A stretch of DNA of 64,000 nucleotides from Thermodesulfobacteriota bacterium (GTDB lineage: Bacteria > Desulfobacterota > Binatia > Bin18). Both the position numbers and the translations under genes were made by a program. This document shows positions 8,739 through 18,568 of this stretch, piece after piece. Position 1 is the stretch's first letter, and each line of letters opens with the position of its first letter. The stretch covers positions 1,152,001 through 1,216,000 of the forward strand of contig OZ219926.1 of assembly GCA_964291405.2 (NCBI GenBank). The letters are read 5' to 3'. Under the pieces are notes generated by a model, which was given only the letters and a program-made list of their open reading frames with translations, ran no database searches and was not told the origin of the DNA.

Positions 8739-10805
8739 TTATTTGGCGACCTGAATGACATAGGTCAGAAACTGATCGAGCATCGCCTCTTGGTTCGGAT
8801 AAAGGACCACGCTCGTGTTTGCTTCCTCAATAATCGCCGGACCGGTGATCAGGTTGCCGGGCCGGACCCGCTCACCCGCGTAAATATCCGTTTCCACAAA
8901 GCCGTGCGGCTCGAAGTATACCGGGCGGCGGCCTTTGCGCGCATGGCCGGCGTCCTCGTCTTCAAACGGATGGCTTTCAAAATGCAGCGGCGCCCGCACT
9001 CCAATCATATCCAGGCGCACGCTGACGATCTCCACCGACTGCTCGGGCCGCTGAAATTTATAGATCTGCTCGTGCAGTTCGTGGAACTCCTCCAGGGTTT
9101 GCGCCAGACTGACCTCGCTCAGACGACGCGTCCGCGCCTGGATGGGCACGATCACTTCCTGGACCTGACCCTCGTAGCGAATATCGAGGAAACGCCGGAC
9201 CAGCACCTCGCGGATGCGGGAGCGATCACCTAACAGCGCCTCAGCCTCCTGGTGCAGACGCGCCAGCACGCCGTTCAGCTCCTCCAGGTCAACGCGGTCG
9301 GACTTGGCAATAAACGATTGCACTTTGGAGACTTTGAAGTTGGCGATTAAATTTCCCAGCGCGGACAGGACCGAAGCGTTTTTCGGAACCAGAATGGTGC
9401 GGATGCCAAGGTCGCGGACCTGCGTTCCCGCGTGGACCGGACCGGCTCCCCCAAAGGCCAACAGCGCGAAATCCCGCGGGTCCCGCCCCCGGGCGACCGA
9501 CACATAGCGGATGGCGTTGATCATGCTGTTGTTGGCAATGTCAAAAATTCCGCTGGCCGCCTCTTCCACACTGATATTCATGGGCTCGGCAATATACTGT
9601 TGGATTGCCTGGTGGGCGGCGTGTCGATCAAGCGCCATGTGTCCATCCAGAAAAGAGCCCGCGTCGAGATAGCCCAGGACAAGGTCGGCGTCCGTCACCG
9701 TGGGCTCGGTGCCGCCCCGGCCATAGCAGGCCGGCCCAGGTTGGGCACCGGCCGAGCGCGGGCCGACCCGGAGTGCCCCGGCATCGTCGAGCCAGGCGAT
9801 CGAGCCGCCGCCAGCCCCAATGGTATGAATGTCTATCAGCGGAACAGCGACCCGATAGCGGCTGATCCAGTTATCCACACCAACCTCCGGAGTGGAATCC
9901 TTAATCAGACAGACATCGTAACTCGTGCCGCCCATATCGGCCGTGATGACATTTTTATAACCGGACTGCTCGCCTAAGAACGTCGCCGCCACCACACCGC
10001 CCGAAGGACCGGACAAGACGGCATCCACGCCGTGCTCGCGCGCAAAGCCGATATCCATCATCCCGCCGTTGGACTGCATCAGGAAGAGTCCGCCCCGGAA
10101 TCCCTGGGCTTCGAGCCGGGCGGACAGCTGTTCCAGGTAGGCCCGCAGTTTCGGGCTGGTATAGGCGTTCACGACCGTGGTGCTGACCCGTTCGAACTCC
10201 CGTACCTGGGGCAGCACGTCCGAGGACAGCGTGACGAACAGGGCCGGATCAATCTCGTGGATAATGTCGCGCACGCGCCGCTCATGGACAGGATTCACAA
10301 AGCTGAACAGCAGACACACGGCAACGGCCTCGACCCCAACACCGCGCAGGTGCTCCAGCGCCGAATACACCTCCGCCTCTTCCAGCGGCGTGACAATCCG
10401 ACCGCTGGCATCAATACGCTCGGTCACCCCCAGTCGTTTCCCGCGCTCAACAATGGGATGGGGCGGCGGCAGACGGATATCGAACAGGCTTTCTTTATAC
10501 CCGCGGCGCAGCTCAATAACGTCTCGAAATCCCTTGGTGGTGATCAGACCGATATTCGCGCCGGCAAACTCCAGCATGGTGTTCGTGACAACGGTCGTGC
10601 CGAGGACGATGGGGTCAGTCTCGGCCAGAAGCGTCTGAAGAGAGATGTCAAAGTGAGCCGCAATCTGCTCCAGTCCGCCAAAGACGCTGGCCGCTTCGTC
10701 GGCGGCAATCGTCGGCGTCTTCCCGCTATACATCTGCTGGTCGGTATTGACCGCCACAAAATCGGTAAAAGTCCCGCCAACGTCGATTCCAATGCGATAG
10801 CCCAT
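8739..10805 (-). CDS. Hydantoinase A/oxoprolinase (ATP-binding) subunit
   Basis: 'IGIDVGGTFTD', 'SGPSGGV', 'DMGGTSYD', 'IGAGGGSIA', 'PGPACYGRGG..PTVTDA', 'FGGAGP'. Confidence 0.92.
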   Translation of the reverse strand: MGYRIGIDVGGTFTDFVAVNTDQQMYSGKTPTIAADEAASVFGGLEQIAAHFDISLQTLLAETDPIVLGTTVVTNTMLEFAGANIGLITTKGFRDVIELRRGYKESLFDIRLPPPHPIVERGKRLGVTERIDASGRIVTPLEEAEVYSALEHLRGVGVEAVAVCLLFSFVNPVHERRVRDIIHEIDPALFVTLSSDVLPQVREFERVSTTVVNAYTSPKLRAYLEQLSARLEAQGFRGGLFLMQSNGGMMDIGFAREHGVDAVLSGPSGGVVAATFLGEQSGYKNVITADMGGTSYDVCLIKDSTPEVGVDNWISRYRVAVPLIDIHTIGAGGGSIAWLDDAGALRVGPRSAGAQPGPACYGRGGTEPTVTDADLVLGYLDAGSFLDGHMALDRHAAHQAIQQYIAEPMNISVEEAASGIFDIANNSMINAIRYVSVARGRDPRDFALLAFGGAGPVHAGTQVRDLGIRTILVPKNASVLSALGNLIANFKVSKVQSFIAKSDRVDLEELNGVLARLHQEAEALLGDRSRIREVLVRRFLDIRYEGQVQEVIVPIQARTRRLSEVSLAQTLEEFHELHEQIYKFQRPEQSVEIVSVRLDMIGVRAPLHFESHPFEDEDAGHARKGRRPVYFEPHGFVETDIYAGERVRPGNLITGPAIIEEANTSVVLYPNQEAMLDQFLTYVIQVAK

Positions 10806-10878
10806 GGGTGCGTCTCGAATAGTTCTTAACTGAAATAAAGAGAAATACAAAAACCCTATGAGACCTTCTATGTCTCCC

Positions 10879-11283
10879 CTAGGGTACGACAGCCATTGCC
10901 TCAACTTCGATTCGGACCTCATCCGAGACAAGCCGGGCCACTTGGACCGTGGCCGAGACCGGCGGCTCACTCGGCCAATACTCGTTCCGGACCTCTTGAA
11001 TGGCCAACACATCGTCCATGTCCTGAATATAGACCGTCATTTTGACGACATCGTTCAAGGTCGCACCGGCCTCGGCAAAGATCGCTCGCATCTGCTCAAA
11101 GATGCGCCGTGTTTGCGCCTGCACATCGCCGGGGGCGACTGTGTTCCCGTTTTCGTCTCGCGCAGTCATGCCCGTTGTAAAAACAAGGTCGTGCCCCGCA
11201 GGTACCTGGATCGCTTGTGCCCAAGGCCCAAACGTGCCTGGCCGTGACCAGAACGAGGTGTTCAGGATCTTCTTTGTACGCAC
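10879..11283 (-). CDS. RidA/YjgF family protein
   Basis: AAGGAGG then GTG at 11283; 'LVFTTG', 'AQTRRIFEQMRAIFAEAGATLNDVVK', 'IEVEAMAV'. Confidence 0.85.
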   Translation of the reverse strand: MRTKKILNTSFWSRPGTFGPWAQAIQVPAGHDLVFTTGMTARDENGNTVAPGDVQAQTRRIFEQMRAIFAEAGATLNDVVKMTVYIQDMDDVLAIQEVRNEYWPSEPPVSATVQVARLVSDEVRIEVEAMAVVP

Positions 11284-11362
11284 TGTTTCCCTCCTTGGTT
11301 CATCGAGCGTGTTCCATTCGGATAAGACCCGGCCCTTTGGAGGACCGAATCTTGTACCCCGG

Positions 11363-13198
11363 CTACCGTTCCTTGCCGAGTTGCTCGCGTAGCTCTCGCG
11401 TGGCCTCCTGGTCGATAGCGAGCGTTTCATCCTCAATGCTACCGGTCAGGACAACGCCATACGCGACGCGTGCCTGCTCGACCGACACCCAGCGTTCAAG
11501 GACGTCACGACGAACATCTTCCGGATTGCGCTCGGTCGGCGGACCATAACCGCCGCCACCACAGTCCCGGTAGCGTATGAACTCACCAGGTAGCAGTTCT
11601 CCGGTAAAGATGTTCGGCAACGGCATCTCGTTCCCGTCCCGCTCGATCTTCGTTGCCCAGGCCTTACTGCCGGCCTGACCGCCCCGCACCCCTTTGGCCG
11701 GAGTCTCGTAGCCTTCCATAGGAAAGGTAAATGTCACTGCATCGCCTTTCGGACCGTATTCCGCTTCAATCGCAGGCGCGCCTCGAAACCGTCCCGGTCC
11801 ACCGCTGTCCTGGGCTAATTTTTCAGACTTGACGAACAACGGGTACTTCTGTTCGTCGATCTCAACGCTGTCCCGGTACAAGAGGCCCGAGATAACGGCA
11901 ATCCCGTAGGTCACCCAGCCGTCGCACGCAGGAGAAGCTGGCCCGCCATTGCCCCCAAGGATGAGCTGGTTGACGTAGGCAGCACCGTTGCGCCGCGTGT
12001 CCGTACCCGAGATAACGGCATAGCCTGCGTTTTGGGCAACCCCGCCTTCCGCCGTGCCCCAGCCATCACCGAGTTCGGCAAAGGCCGACTGGGTGATGCC
12101 TACCAGCCGGTTGGCCGGATTCGTGGTCGCGAGGGAACAAGAATGCGGAAAGCGCGGAATACCGACGACGCAACCTTCCCGGAGCTTGACGTGTATACGC
12201 CGGAAGCTGCCGGCATTGTGGGGGACGTCAGGGTCCAACGCGCTAAAGATGCCCTGCATGACGCTCGATATCGAACAGGCCTCCGACGAGTTCGCCCCGC
12301 CGGCAACGTTGTCCGGGTTGTCGCGGAGGTCGACTTCAATCCGACCAGCCTGCGTATCGATAGCAATTTCGACCTTGAGCGGGAGGCCATCGGGCAGACC
12401 TGGAAACGGGTCGTGCCGACCAGTCCCGATCACGTCGCCACTTGGCAGCTGCCTGATGGCGTGTATCATACGTCGTTCCGAATAATCCAACCACTCGTGA
12501 ACGAACGTCCTGATCGTCTCGGAGCCGTACTTTGCGACAAGGTCCTGAATCTTACGCTCCCCAACCCGGGCCGCGCCTAACATTGCCAGATAGTCCCCAT
12601 ACCACTGCTCGGGAACGCGGATACGCCGGCGACACAAACGGATAATGTCGTCGATATTTGCGTAGGCGCATTGAACGCGGACGCAGGGGAAGAGCAACGC
12701 TCCCTCTTCATAGACGTCGCGCGCAGCCGGCATATACGAGGTGGGCAAGGCATTGCCGATATCGGACAGGTGGGCCTTCGCAACCGCCGTGAACAGATGC
12801 TGCCCCTCGCAGAAAACGGGCACGAGGATGGTGTGATCTGCGGGATGGGAGTTCCCCAAGTATGGGTCGTTATGCAAAAAGGCATCGCCCTCGGCAAGAT
12901 CGGGATGCAGCTCACCCATGGCCTGGGCCTGAAGATGAGAGCCGTAGATATGAGCCGGCAACCCTTCCGCTGCGGCCAGGAGCGCGTGCCGGCCAGTCAC
13001 ACTGGTTGTGATTGAACATGAAAAATCACGCGCAATACTGATCGTGGCCGAGCGGCCGGCCCGGAGCAGGGTTTGGGTCATCTCGCGTACAATCGCTTCA
13101 AATCGGTTGGCCAGCACGGCCAGCAAGGTCGGATCAAGCGTGGTCTTCTGCACCTCTCGACTGTGTGTCTGCGCTGCCATCCATGCCGCCTTTCTCAT
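11363..13198 (-). CDS. Hydantoinase B/oxoprolinase family subunit
   Basis: 'ARDFSCS', 'NDPYLGNSHPADH', 'KAHLSDIG', 'SGGPGRFRG', 'GGGGYGPP..R.PE.V..DV'. Confidence 0.9.
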   Translation of the reverse strand: MRKAAWMAAQTHSREVQKTTLDPTLLAVLANRFEAIVREMTQTLLRAGRSATISIARDFSCSITTSVTGRHALLAAAEGLPAHIYGSHLQAQAMGELHPDLAEGDAFLHNDPYLGNSHPADHTILVPVFCEGQHLFTAVAKAHLSDIGNALPTSYMPAARDVYEEGALLFPCVRVQCAYANIDDIIRLCRRRIRVPEQWYGDYLAMLGAARVGERKIQDLVAKYGSETIRTFVHEWLDYSERRMIHAIRQLPSGDVIGTGRHDPFPGLPDGLPLKVEIAIDTQAGRIEVDLRDNPDNVAGGANSSEACSISSVMQGIFSALDPDVPHNAGSFRRIHVKLREGCVVGIPRFPHSCSLATTNPANRLVGITQSAFAELGDGWGTAEGGVAQNAGYAVISGTDTRRNGAAYVNQLILGGNGGPASPACDGWVTYGIAVISGLLYRDSVEIDEQKYPLFVKSEKLAQDSGGPGRFRGAPAIEAEYGPKGDAVTFTFPMEGYETPAKGVRGGQAGSKAWATKIERDGNEMPLPNIFTGELLPGEFIRYRDCGGGGYGPPTERNPEDVRRDVLERWVSVEQARVAYGVVLTGSIEDETLAIDQEATRELREQLGKER

Positions 13199-13205
13199 AC
13201 GCCAA

Positions 13206-15287
13206 TCAGGGTATGCTGATGAGGTAGTTATTCAGCGACGCCACCTGGGCGACGCTATGGGGGTAGAGCACTATCGTCGTTGTCGGCTCCTCGATGATCG
13301 CCGGTCCGTGGAGCTGCATGCCGGGCTCAAGCGCTGATCCCAAGTACAGCGGAGTATCAGTGCGACCCTGACCTGCGAAATACACACTCCGGTGCGCATG
13401 GGGAATGGGCCCCCGCGGTGTATCCCGCGCAGGCGGACGGTCTGGTTGAATCCGATCCAGGAGCCCGGTCAAACGGCCCTTCCAGTACAGGCACTCGACC
13501 TCGGCCCCTTCTTCCTTGACGGCAAAAACGCGCTCGTGCACCCGATGGAAGCCTTGGACCAGGGCTGCTACGTCGCGCGGACCATCAAAGCGGTCCTTTT
13601 CCAAGGGAATCTCGAGTTCCCATACCTGAGTGGGATAGCGGGCTTCAACAAAGAAGTCCCGCTTAAAATTGCGGAGGCCCCGCCCCCGCAGCTCCGACTC
13701 AAGGGCGTCCATTTCGGTGTGCAGAGACTGCAAGGCCGCATTCACCTCGGTGTAGGCGAAATCGTCTGTCACGGCCAGTCTACTCAGACTGAATTCAGCG
13801 ACAATGTCCGAGTACTGTGCGCCGCAGGCGCTGAGCGCACCCGCGGTCCGGGGGACGAGCACCTGAGGACAGCCCAGGGCTTGGGCAATAGAGACAATAT
13901 TCAGTCCGGCGGCTCCTCCCCCAGCGACAAGCAGTGTCTCGCGCGGGTCAATCCCTTCGTTCACCGAAATCTCCTGGATCGCCTGCACCATGGCCTCACC
14001 GGCAATAGTCAGAATAGCCTGGGCGGCTTGGTCGATCGTCTGCTCCAGCGGCTCGGCAATGGTTCCAACGGCGTGCCGCGCGGCCTCCGTATCCAGTTGC
14101 ATCTGGCCTCCCAGGAAGTACGCGGGATTCAAGTAGCCAAGCACCAGGGCCGCATCCGTGACCGTCGGCCGTGTCCCCCCCCGTCCGTAGCAGGCCGGAC
14201 CGGGCTCAGCGCCTGCACTGTGTGGGCCAATACGGAGCAGCCCACCAGGGTCGATCCAGGCGATCGAGCCGCCGCCGGCACCAATGCTCCGGACATCGAC
14301 GGACGAGAGGCCGGTCATATGTCCAACCCACTGACCACCGAGCCAGGTTTCACGCGTGGCCTTTATCAGGCCATCCCGCACCAGACTGACGTCGAAGCTC
14401 GTCCCGCCCGTATCACACGTGATGACATCTCGGCTGCCAACTTCAGCCTGCGCGTAATGCAGCGCAGCCACCGGTGCAAGCGCGGGACCCGAGCGGATAG
14501 TATTAATAGGACGCTCCGCCAGCTCCTGAATGGGCATGACGCCACCGGACGATGTTGCGCCGAGGATCTCGCCACGAAAGCCGGCGCGGCTCACATCCTG
14601 GGCAATCTCCCGCAGATGGCGCTGCATGAGCGGTTTGAGTGAGGCATCGATGACGGTTGCCGAGGCCCGACGATATTCACGAATAATCGGGTTGAGCCGG
14701 GATGAGAGCGTGTAGGCAAGCCCCGGCAGTTCCTCCTCAATCAACCTGCCCAGAGCCGCTTCGTGTACCGGGTTGACAATGGACCAGACCAGACAGACAC
14801 CAATCGCCTCAATATGATGCGCACGGAGGCGCTTCAGAATACTGCGCGCATGCTCCACATCGAGCGGGACAACAACATCTCCCTCCGCATTCACTCGCTC
14901 CCGTATTTCAAAGGTGAGACGCCGCGGGACATAGGGTTCCGGGTAGGGTGCCGTGAAGTCATAGGCGTTGGTCTTGCCGCCCTCGCGGAGCACCAGAATG
15001 TCGGGAAAGCCCTCAGTTGTCAGAAATGCCGTCTTGCCGGTCTTCCCCTCGACCACGGCGTTCGTCGCGGTGGTCGTCCCATAGATAAAGAGGTCGGCCT
15101 GGCTGAGCAGGGTGGGCACGTCAGGCTCGCCAAGCTGCCGGGCCACGACGGTCAGGCCCTGCTCCATACCGTGAAAGAGCCGCTCTCGGGTAGTGAGGCC
15201 CTTTCCGATCGTCATGCGCCCCGTGTTGTCAGCGACAACAACATCGGTGAAAGTCCCGCCAACGTCAATGGCAATGCGATAACCCAT
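13206..15287 (-). CDS. Hydantoinase A/oxoprolinase (ATP-binding) subunit
   Basis: 'IAIDVGGTFTD', 'TTTATNA', 'DTGGTSFD', 'IGAGGGSIA', 'PGPACYGRGG', 'GPAIIEEPTTT'. Confidence 0.92.
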   Translation of the reverse strand: MGYRIAIDVGGTFTDVVVADNTGRMTIGKGLTTRERLFHGMEQGLTVVARQLGEPDVPTLLSQADLFIYGTTTATNAVVEGKTGKTAFLTTEGFPDILVLREGGKTNAYDFTAPYPEPYVPRRLTFEIRERVNAEGDVVVPLDVEHARSILKRLRAHHIEAIGVCLVWSIVNPVHEAALGRLIEEELPGLAYTLSSRLNPIIREYRRASATVIDASLKPLMQRHLREIAQDVSRAGFRGEILGATSSGGVMPIQELAERPINTIRSGPALAPVAALHYAQAEVGSRDVITCDTGGTSFDVSLVRDGLIKATRETWLGGQWVGHMTGLSSVDVRSIGAGGGSIAWIDPGGLLRIGPHSAGAEPGPACYGRGGTRPTVTDAALVLGYLNPAYFLGGQMQLDTEAARHAVGTIAEPLEQTIDQAAQAILTIAGEAMVQAIQEISVNEGIDPRETLLVAGGGAAGLNIVSIAQALGCPQVLVPRTAGALSACGAQYSDIVAEFSLSRLAVTDDFAYTEVNAALQSLHTEMDALESELRGRGLRNFKRDFFVEARYPTQVWELEIPLEKDRFDGPRDVAALVQGFHRVHERVFAVKEEGAEVECLYWKGRLTGLLDRIQPDRPPARDTPRGPIPHAHRSVYFAGQGRTDTPLYLGSALEPGMQLHGPAIIEEPTTTIVLYPHSVAQVASLNNYLISIP

Positions 15288-15504
15288 GGGCAGCCCCAAA
15301 CGATGCTGAGCTGAAATGCCGGATAAGTCCGGGCATTATACTCTCAGTCTTCCAGATATCCAGCGTTGTCTGTATATCTCACTGTTTTTTCTCCTGCTAT
15401 GCGTGCTTACCAGCGTGTCCCTGTAAGCGTCCCTGTGGCAATGATCTTATCACTACAGATAGCGTATCTGGACAGCTTGAGCCGGTGGCGTATTATTCAA
15501 GCGA

Positions 15505-17193
15505 GTGAAAGGAAAAGATGTGGCACGGGGACAAAAGCAGAAGAGACAAGACGATCACTCGCAGGACACCCATGACGCGACGACCGGCTATGAGGCCCAA
15601 CTCTGGGCCATGGCCGACGCCCTGCGCGGCAGCATGGACGCCGCGGAGTACAAGCATGTCGTTCTCGGTCTGATCTTTCTGAAATACATCTCCGACGCCT
15701 TCGAGGAGATGCACGCCCGTCTCGAAGGTGAACAGGATCAGGGCGCCGACCCCGAGGACCCGGACGAGTATCGCGCCGAGAATATCTTCTGGGTGCCGCC
15801 CGAGGCTCGCTGGACGCAGCTCAAGGCCCAGGCACGGCAAGCCACCATCGGCCAACTCGTCGATACCGCCATGACCGGTATTGAGCGCGACAACCCGGCA
15901 CTCAAGGACGTACTGCCCAAGGACTATGCCCGCCCGGCGCTCGACAAGCAGCGGCTCGGCCAGCTCATCGACCTCATCAGCAATATCCAGGTCGGCGACG
16001 CGGAAGCCCGCTCCAAGGACGTGCTGGGCCGCGTTTACGAATACTTTCTGTCGCAGTTCGCCAGCGCCGAGGGCAAGAAGGGCGGCGAGTTCTACACCCC
16101 GCGCTGCGTGGTCACGCTGTTGGTCGAGATGCTGGAGCCCTATCAAGGCCGGGTCTATGACCCCTGCTGTGGCTCCTCCGGCATGTTCGTGCAGTCGGTC
16201 GCCTTCATCCGTGCCCATCAATCCGGCAACGGTAATGGTGGCAGCGCCCCACAGGCCACCAGGGCCGACATCTCGATTTATGGCCAGGAGTCCAACTACA
16301 CCACCTGGCGGCTGGCAAAGATGAACCTCGCCATTCGCGGCATCGAGGGCCAGATCGCCCACGGCGACACCTTCCACAACGACCGCCATCCCGACCTCAA
16401 GGCCGACTTCATCCTAGCCAACCCGCCCTTCAATATCTCCGACTGGGGCGGCGAACGGCTAACCGAGGACAAGCGCTGGCAGTACGGCACCCCACCCAAG
16501 GGCAATGCTAACTTCGCTTGGGTGCAGCATATCGTCCACCATTTGGCACCGGTCGGTACGGCCGGCTTCGTACTCGCCAATGGCTCCATGTCGTCCAACC
16601 AGTCGGGCGAGGGCGCTATCAGAAAAAGTCTGATCGAAGCTAGCCTGGTGGACTGTATGGTGGCGCTCCCCGGCCAACTCTTCTATTCAACTCAAATCCC
16701 GGCCTGCCTGTGGTTCCTGGCCCGCAACCGCAGGAACCGGCAGTCCAGCGGCCGGCGCGGCGAAATCCTGTTCATCGACGCCCGTAAACTCGGTCGCATG
16801 GTGGACCGCACCCACCGCGAACTGACCGCCGCCGACATCGCCCGCATCGCCGACACCTACCATGCTTGGCGCAATCACCCTCCTTCCCCCTCGCAAGGCG
16901 AGCCCCATCCTACCCCCTCTCCCTCGAAGGGAGAGGGCCGGGGTGAGGGTGCCGCCGTCTATGCCGACATCCCCGGCTTCTGCAAGAGTGCATCCCTGGC
17001 AGACGTACGCAAGCACGGCTATGTGCTGACCCCCGGTCGCTATGTCGGCGCGGAAGCACGAGAGGACGACGGCGAGCCGTTCGAGGACAAGATGAAACGG
17101 CTGGTAGCAGAGTTACGCATGCAGCAGGCCGAGTCTGCGAAGCTGGACGTGGCTATCGAGGCCAACCTGAAGGAGCTTGGATTTGGTGGGTGA
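15505..17193 (+). CDS. hsdM: Type I restriction-modification N6-adenine methyltransferase subunit M
   Basis: '[10 protein letters not shown]', 'GEFYTP', '[10 protein letters not shown]', catalytic 'ANPPF', '[10 protein letters not shown]'; exact start uncertain. Confidence 0.95.
   Translation: MKGKDVARGQKQKRQDDHSQDTHDATTGYEAQLWAMADALRGSMDAAEYKHVVLGLIFLKYISDAFEEMHARLEGEQDQGADPEDPDEYRAENIFWVPPEARWTQLKAQARQATIGQLVDTAMTGIERDNPALKDVLPKDYARPALDKQRLGQLIDLISNIQVGDAEARSKDVLGRVYEYFLSQFASAEGKKGGEFYTPRCVVTLLVEMLEPYQGRVYDPCCGSSGMFVQSVAFIRAHQSGNGNGGSAPQATRADISIYGQESNYTTWRLAKMNLAIRGIEGQIAHGDTFHNDRHPDLKADFILANPPFNISDWGGERLTEDKRWQYGTPPKGNANFAWVQHIVHHLAPVGTAGFVLANGSMSSNQSGEGAIRKSLIEASLVDCMVALPGQLFYSTQIPACLWFLARNRRNRQSSGRRGEILFIDARKLGRMVDRTHRELTAADIARIADTYHAWRNHPPSPSQGEPHPTPSPSKGEGRGEGAAVYADIPGFCKSASLADVRKHGYVLTPGRYVGAEAREDDGEPFEDKMKRLVAELRMQQAESAKLDVAIEANLKELGFGG
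16876..16950. repeat. Palindromic REP-like insertion, in frame within hsdM
   Basis: CCCTCTCCCT-CGA-AGGGAGAGGG at 16915-16937, bounded by ACCCTC...GAGGGT; encodes '[25 protein letters not shown]'. Confidence 0.7.
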
Positions 17194-18568
17194 CACCGCG
17201 AATCTCCGGTCGTTGCTTATCCACACGCGCGATGGTGAGTGGGGAGTCGCCAAGCCTGACGACGGTCTTGTTCCCGTACATGTCATCCGAGGCACCGATT
17301 TCGAGCCCGTTCGACGGGGCGACCTAACAACGATCCCAACTCGATACCTGCCGGCCGAACACAGAGCGAGAAAGGCGTTAAGACCGGGCGACATTCTTAT
17401 TGAGACTGCCGGAGGCTCAAAGGGTCGTCCGACTGGCCGTACTTTACTCATTCAGGCGCGTACATTGGAAGGCACCGAAATTCCTTTCACCTGTGCAAGC
17501 TTTGCTCGGTTCCTTCGTGTAGATGAAGCCCGCATCAATGCTCCATATTTGTACTGGTTTCTCCAGTATCTCTACCAGATTGGGGAGATGGAACAGCATC
17601 AGGTTCAACACACAGGTATCGCTAGATTTCAGTTCACTAGATTTGCTGAAGAAATTCAGGTCCCTCTGCCACCCCTCCCTGAACAACGCACCATCGCCCA
17701 CATCCTCGGCACCCTGGACGACAAGATCGAACTCAACCGCCGCATGAACGAAACGCTCGAAGAGATGGCGCGGGCGCTATTCAAGAGTTGGTTTGTGGAC
17801 TTCGATCCCGTCCATGCCAAAGCCACCCTCAGAAACCACACTCCTAATCACTCCCCCCTTGATTGGACTGTGGAACGGGCTCGGGCGTATCTTGACGGGA
17901 TGGACTCAGACATTGTCGCATTGTTCCCTGATAGTTTTGTCGATTCGGAGTTGGGGGAGATACCGGAGGGGTGGGGAGTTGGAAAATTGAAGGATGCGGT
18001 GGATCAACTCCGTGACAAAGAGAACCCGCTTACGTCACCGAGTGCTTCCTTCAGCCATTTTAGTATTCCTGCTTATGATGAGGGGCAAACACCGAAGCAG
18101 GAGCTAGGTGGAAGTATCAAAAGTACAAAGACACGGGTGTGTCCTGGCGTCGTCCTTTTGTCCAAGCTCAACCCAGAGATTGAAAGGGTTTGGTTAGTGG
18201 ATGTATCGCCCGATGACCAAGCAGTCTGTTCGACTGAGTTCTTGGTTCTCCGTACCAAACCGCCTTTTCACCGCAGCTATGTCTACTGCCTACTGCGTAC
18301 CTCTCTTTTCCGGCAGCAGATTAAATCACTTGTTACAGGGACATCTAAGAGCCACCAACGCGCCCAAGCGGAAGCCGTCCTAGACCTCCCCATAGTCTTT
18401 CCACCGGGGGCTCTCATAGATTCGTTCGAGAAGGTCGCCGAAAATTTTCTAAGTAAAACACTGAATTGTCGCTCCGCATCCCGCGCTCTCGCCACCCTAC
18501 GGGATGCACTACTACCCAAGCTCGTTTCTGGCGAGCTACGGGTAAAAAGTCAGAAACAGTATGATTGA
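17186..18568 (+). CDS. hsdS: Type I R-M specificity subunit S
   Basis: Two variable TRDs separated by '[47 protein letters not shown]'; C-terminal '[16 protein letters not shown]'; overlaps the hsdM stop. Confidence 0.93.
   Translation: MGDTANLRSLLIHTRDGEWGVAKPDDGLVPVHVIRGTDFEPVRRGDLTTIPTRYLPAEHRARKALRPGDILIETAGGSKGRPTGRTLLIQARTLEGTEIPFTCASFARFLRVDEARINAPYLYWFLQYLYQIGEMEQHQVQHTGIARFQFTRFAEEIQVPLPPLPEQRTIAHILGTLDDKIELNRRMNETLEEMARALFKSWFVDFDPVHAKATLRNHTPNHSPLDWTVERARAYLDGMDSDIVALFPDSFVDSELGEIPEGWGVGKLKDAVDQLRDKENPLTSPSASFSHFSIPAYDEGQTPKQELGGSIKSTKTRVCPGVVLLSKLNPEIERVWLVDVSPDDQAVCSTEFLVLRTKPPFHRSYVYCLLRTSLFRQQIKSLVTGTSKSHQRAQAEAVLDLPIVFPPGALIDSFEKVAENFLSKTLNCRSASRALATLRDALLPKLVSGELRVKSQKQYD

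Noticed and set aside
13392-14642. 416-aa plus-strand ORF (and similar long ORFs at 7723-8715 and 25979-27169)
   Set aside because: Antisense shadows of well-supported genes, with no recognisable motifs.
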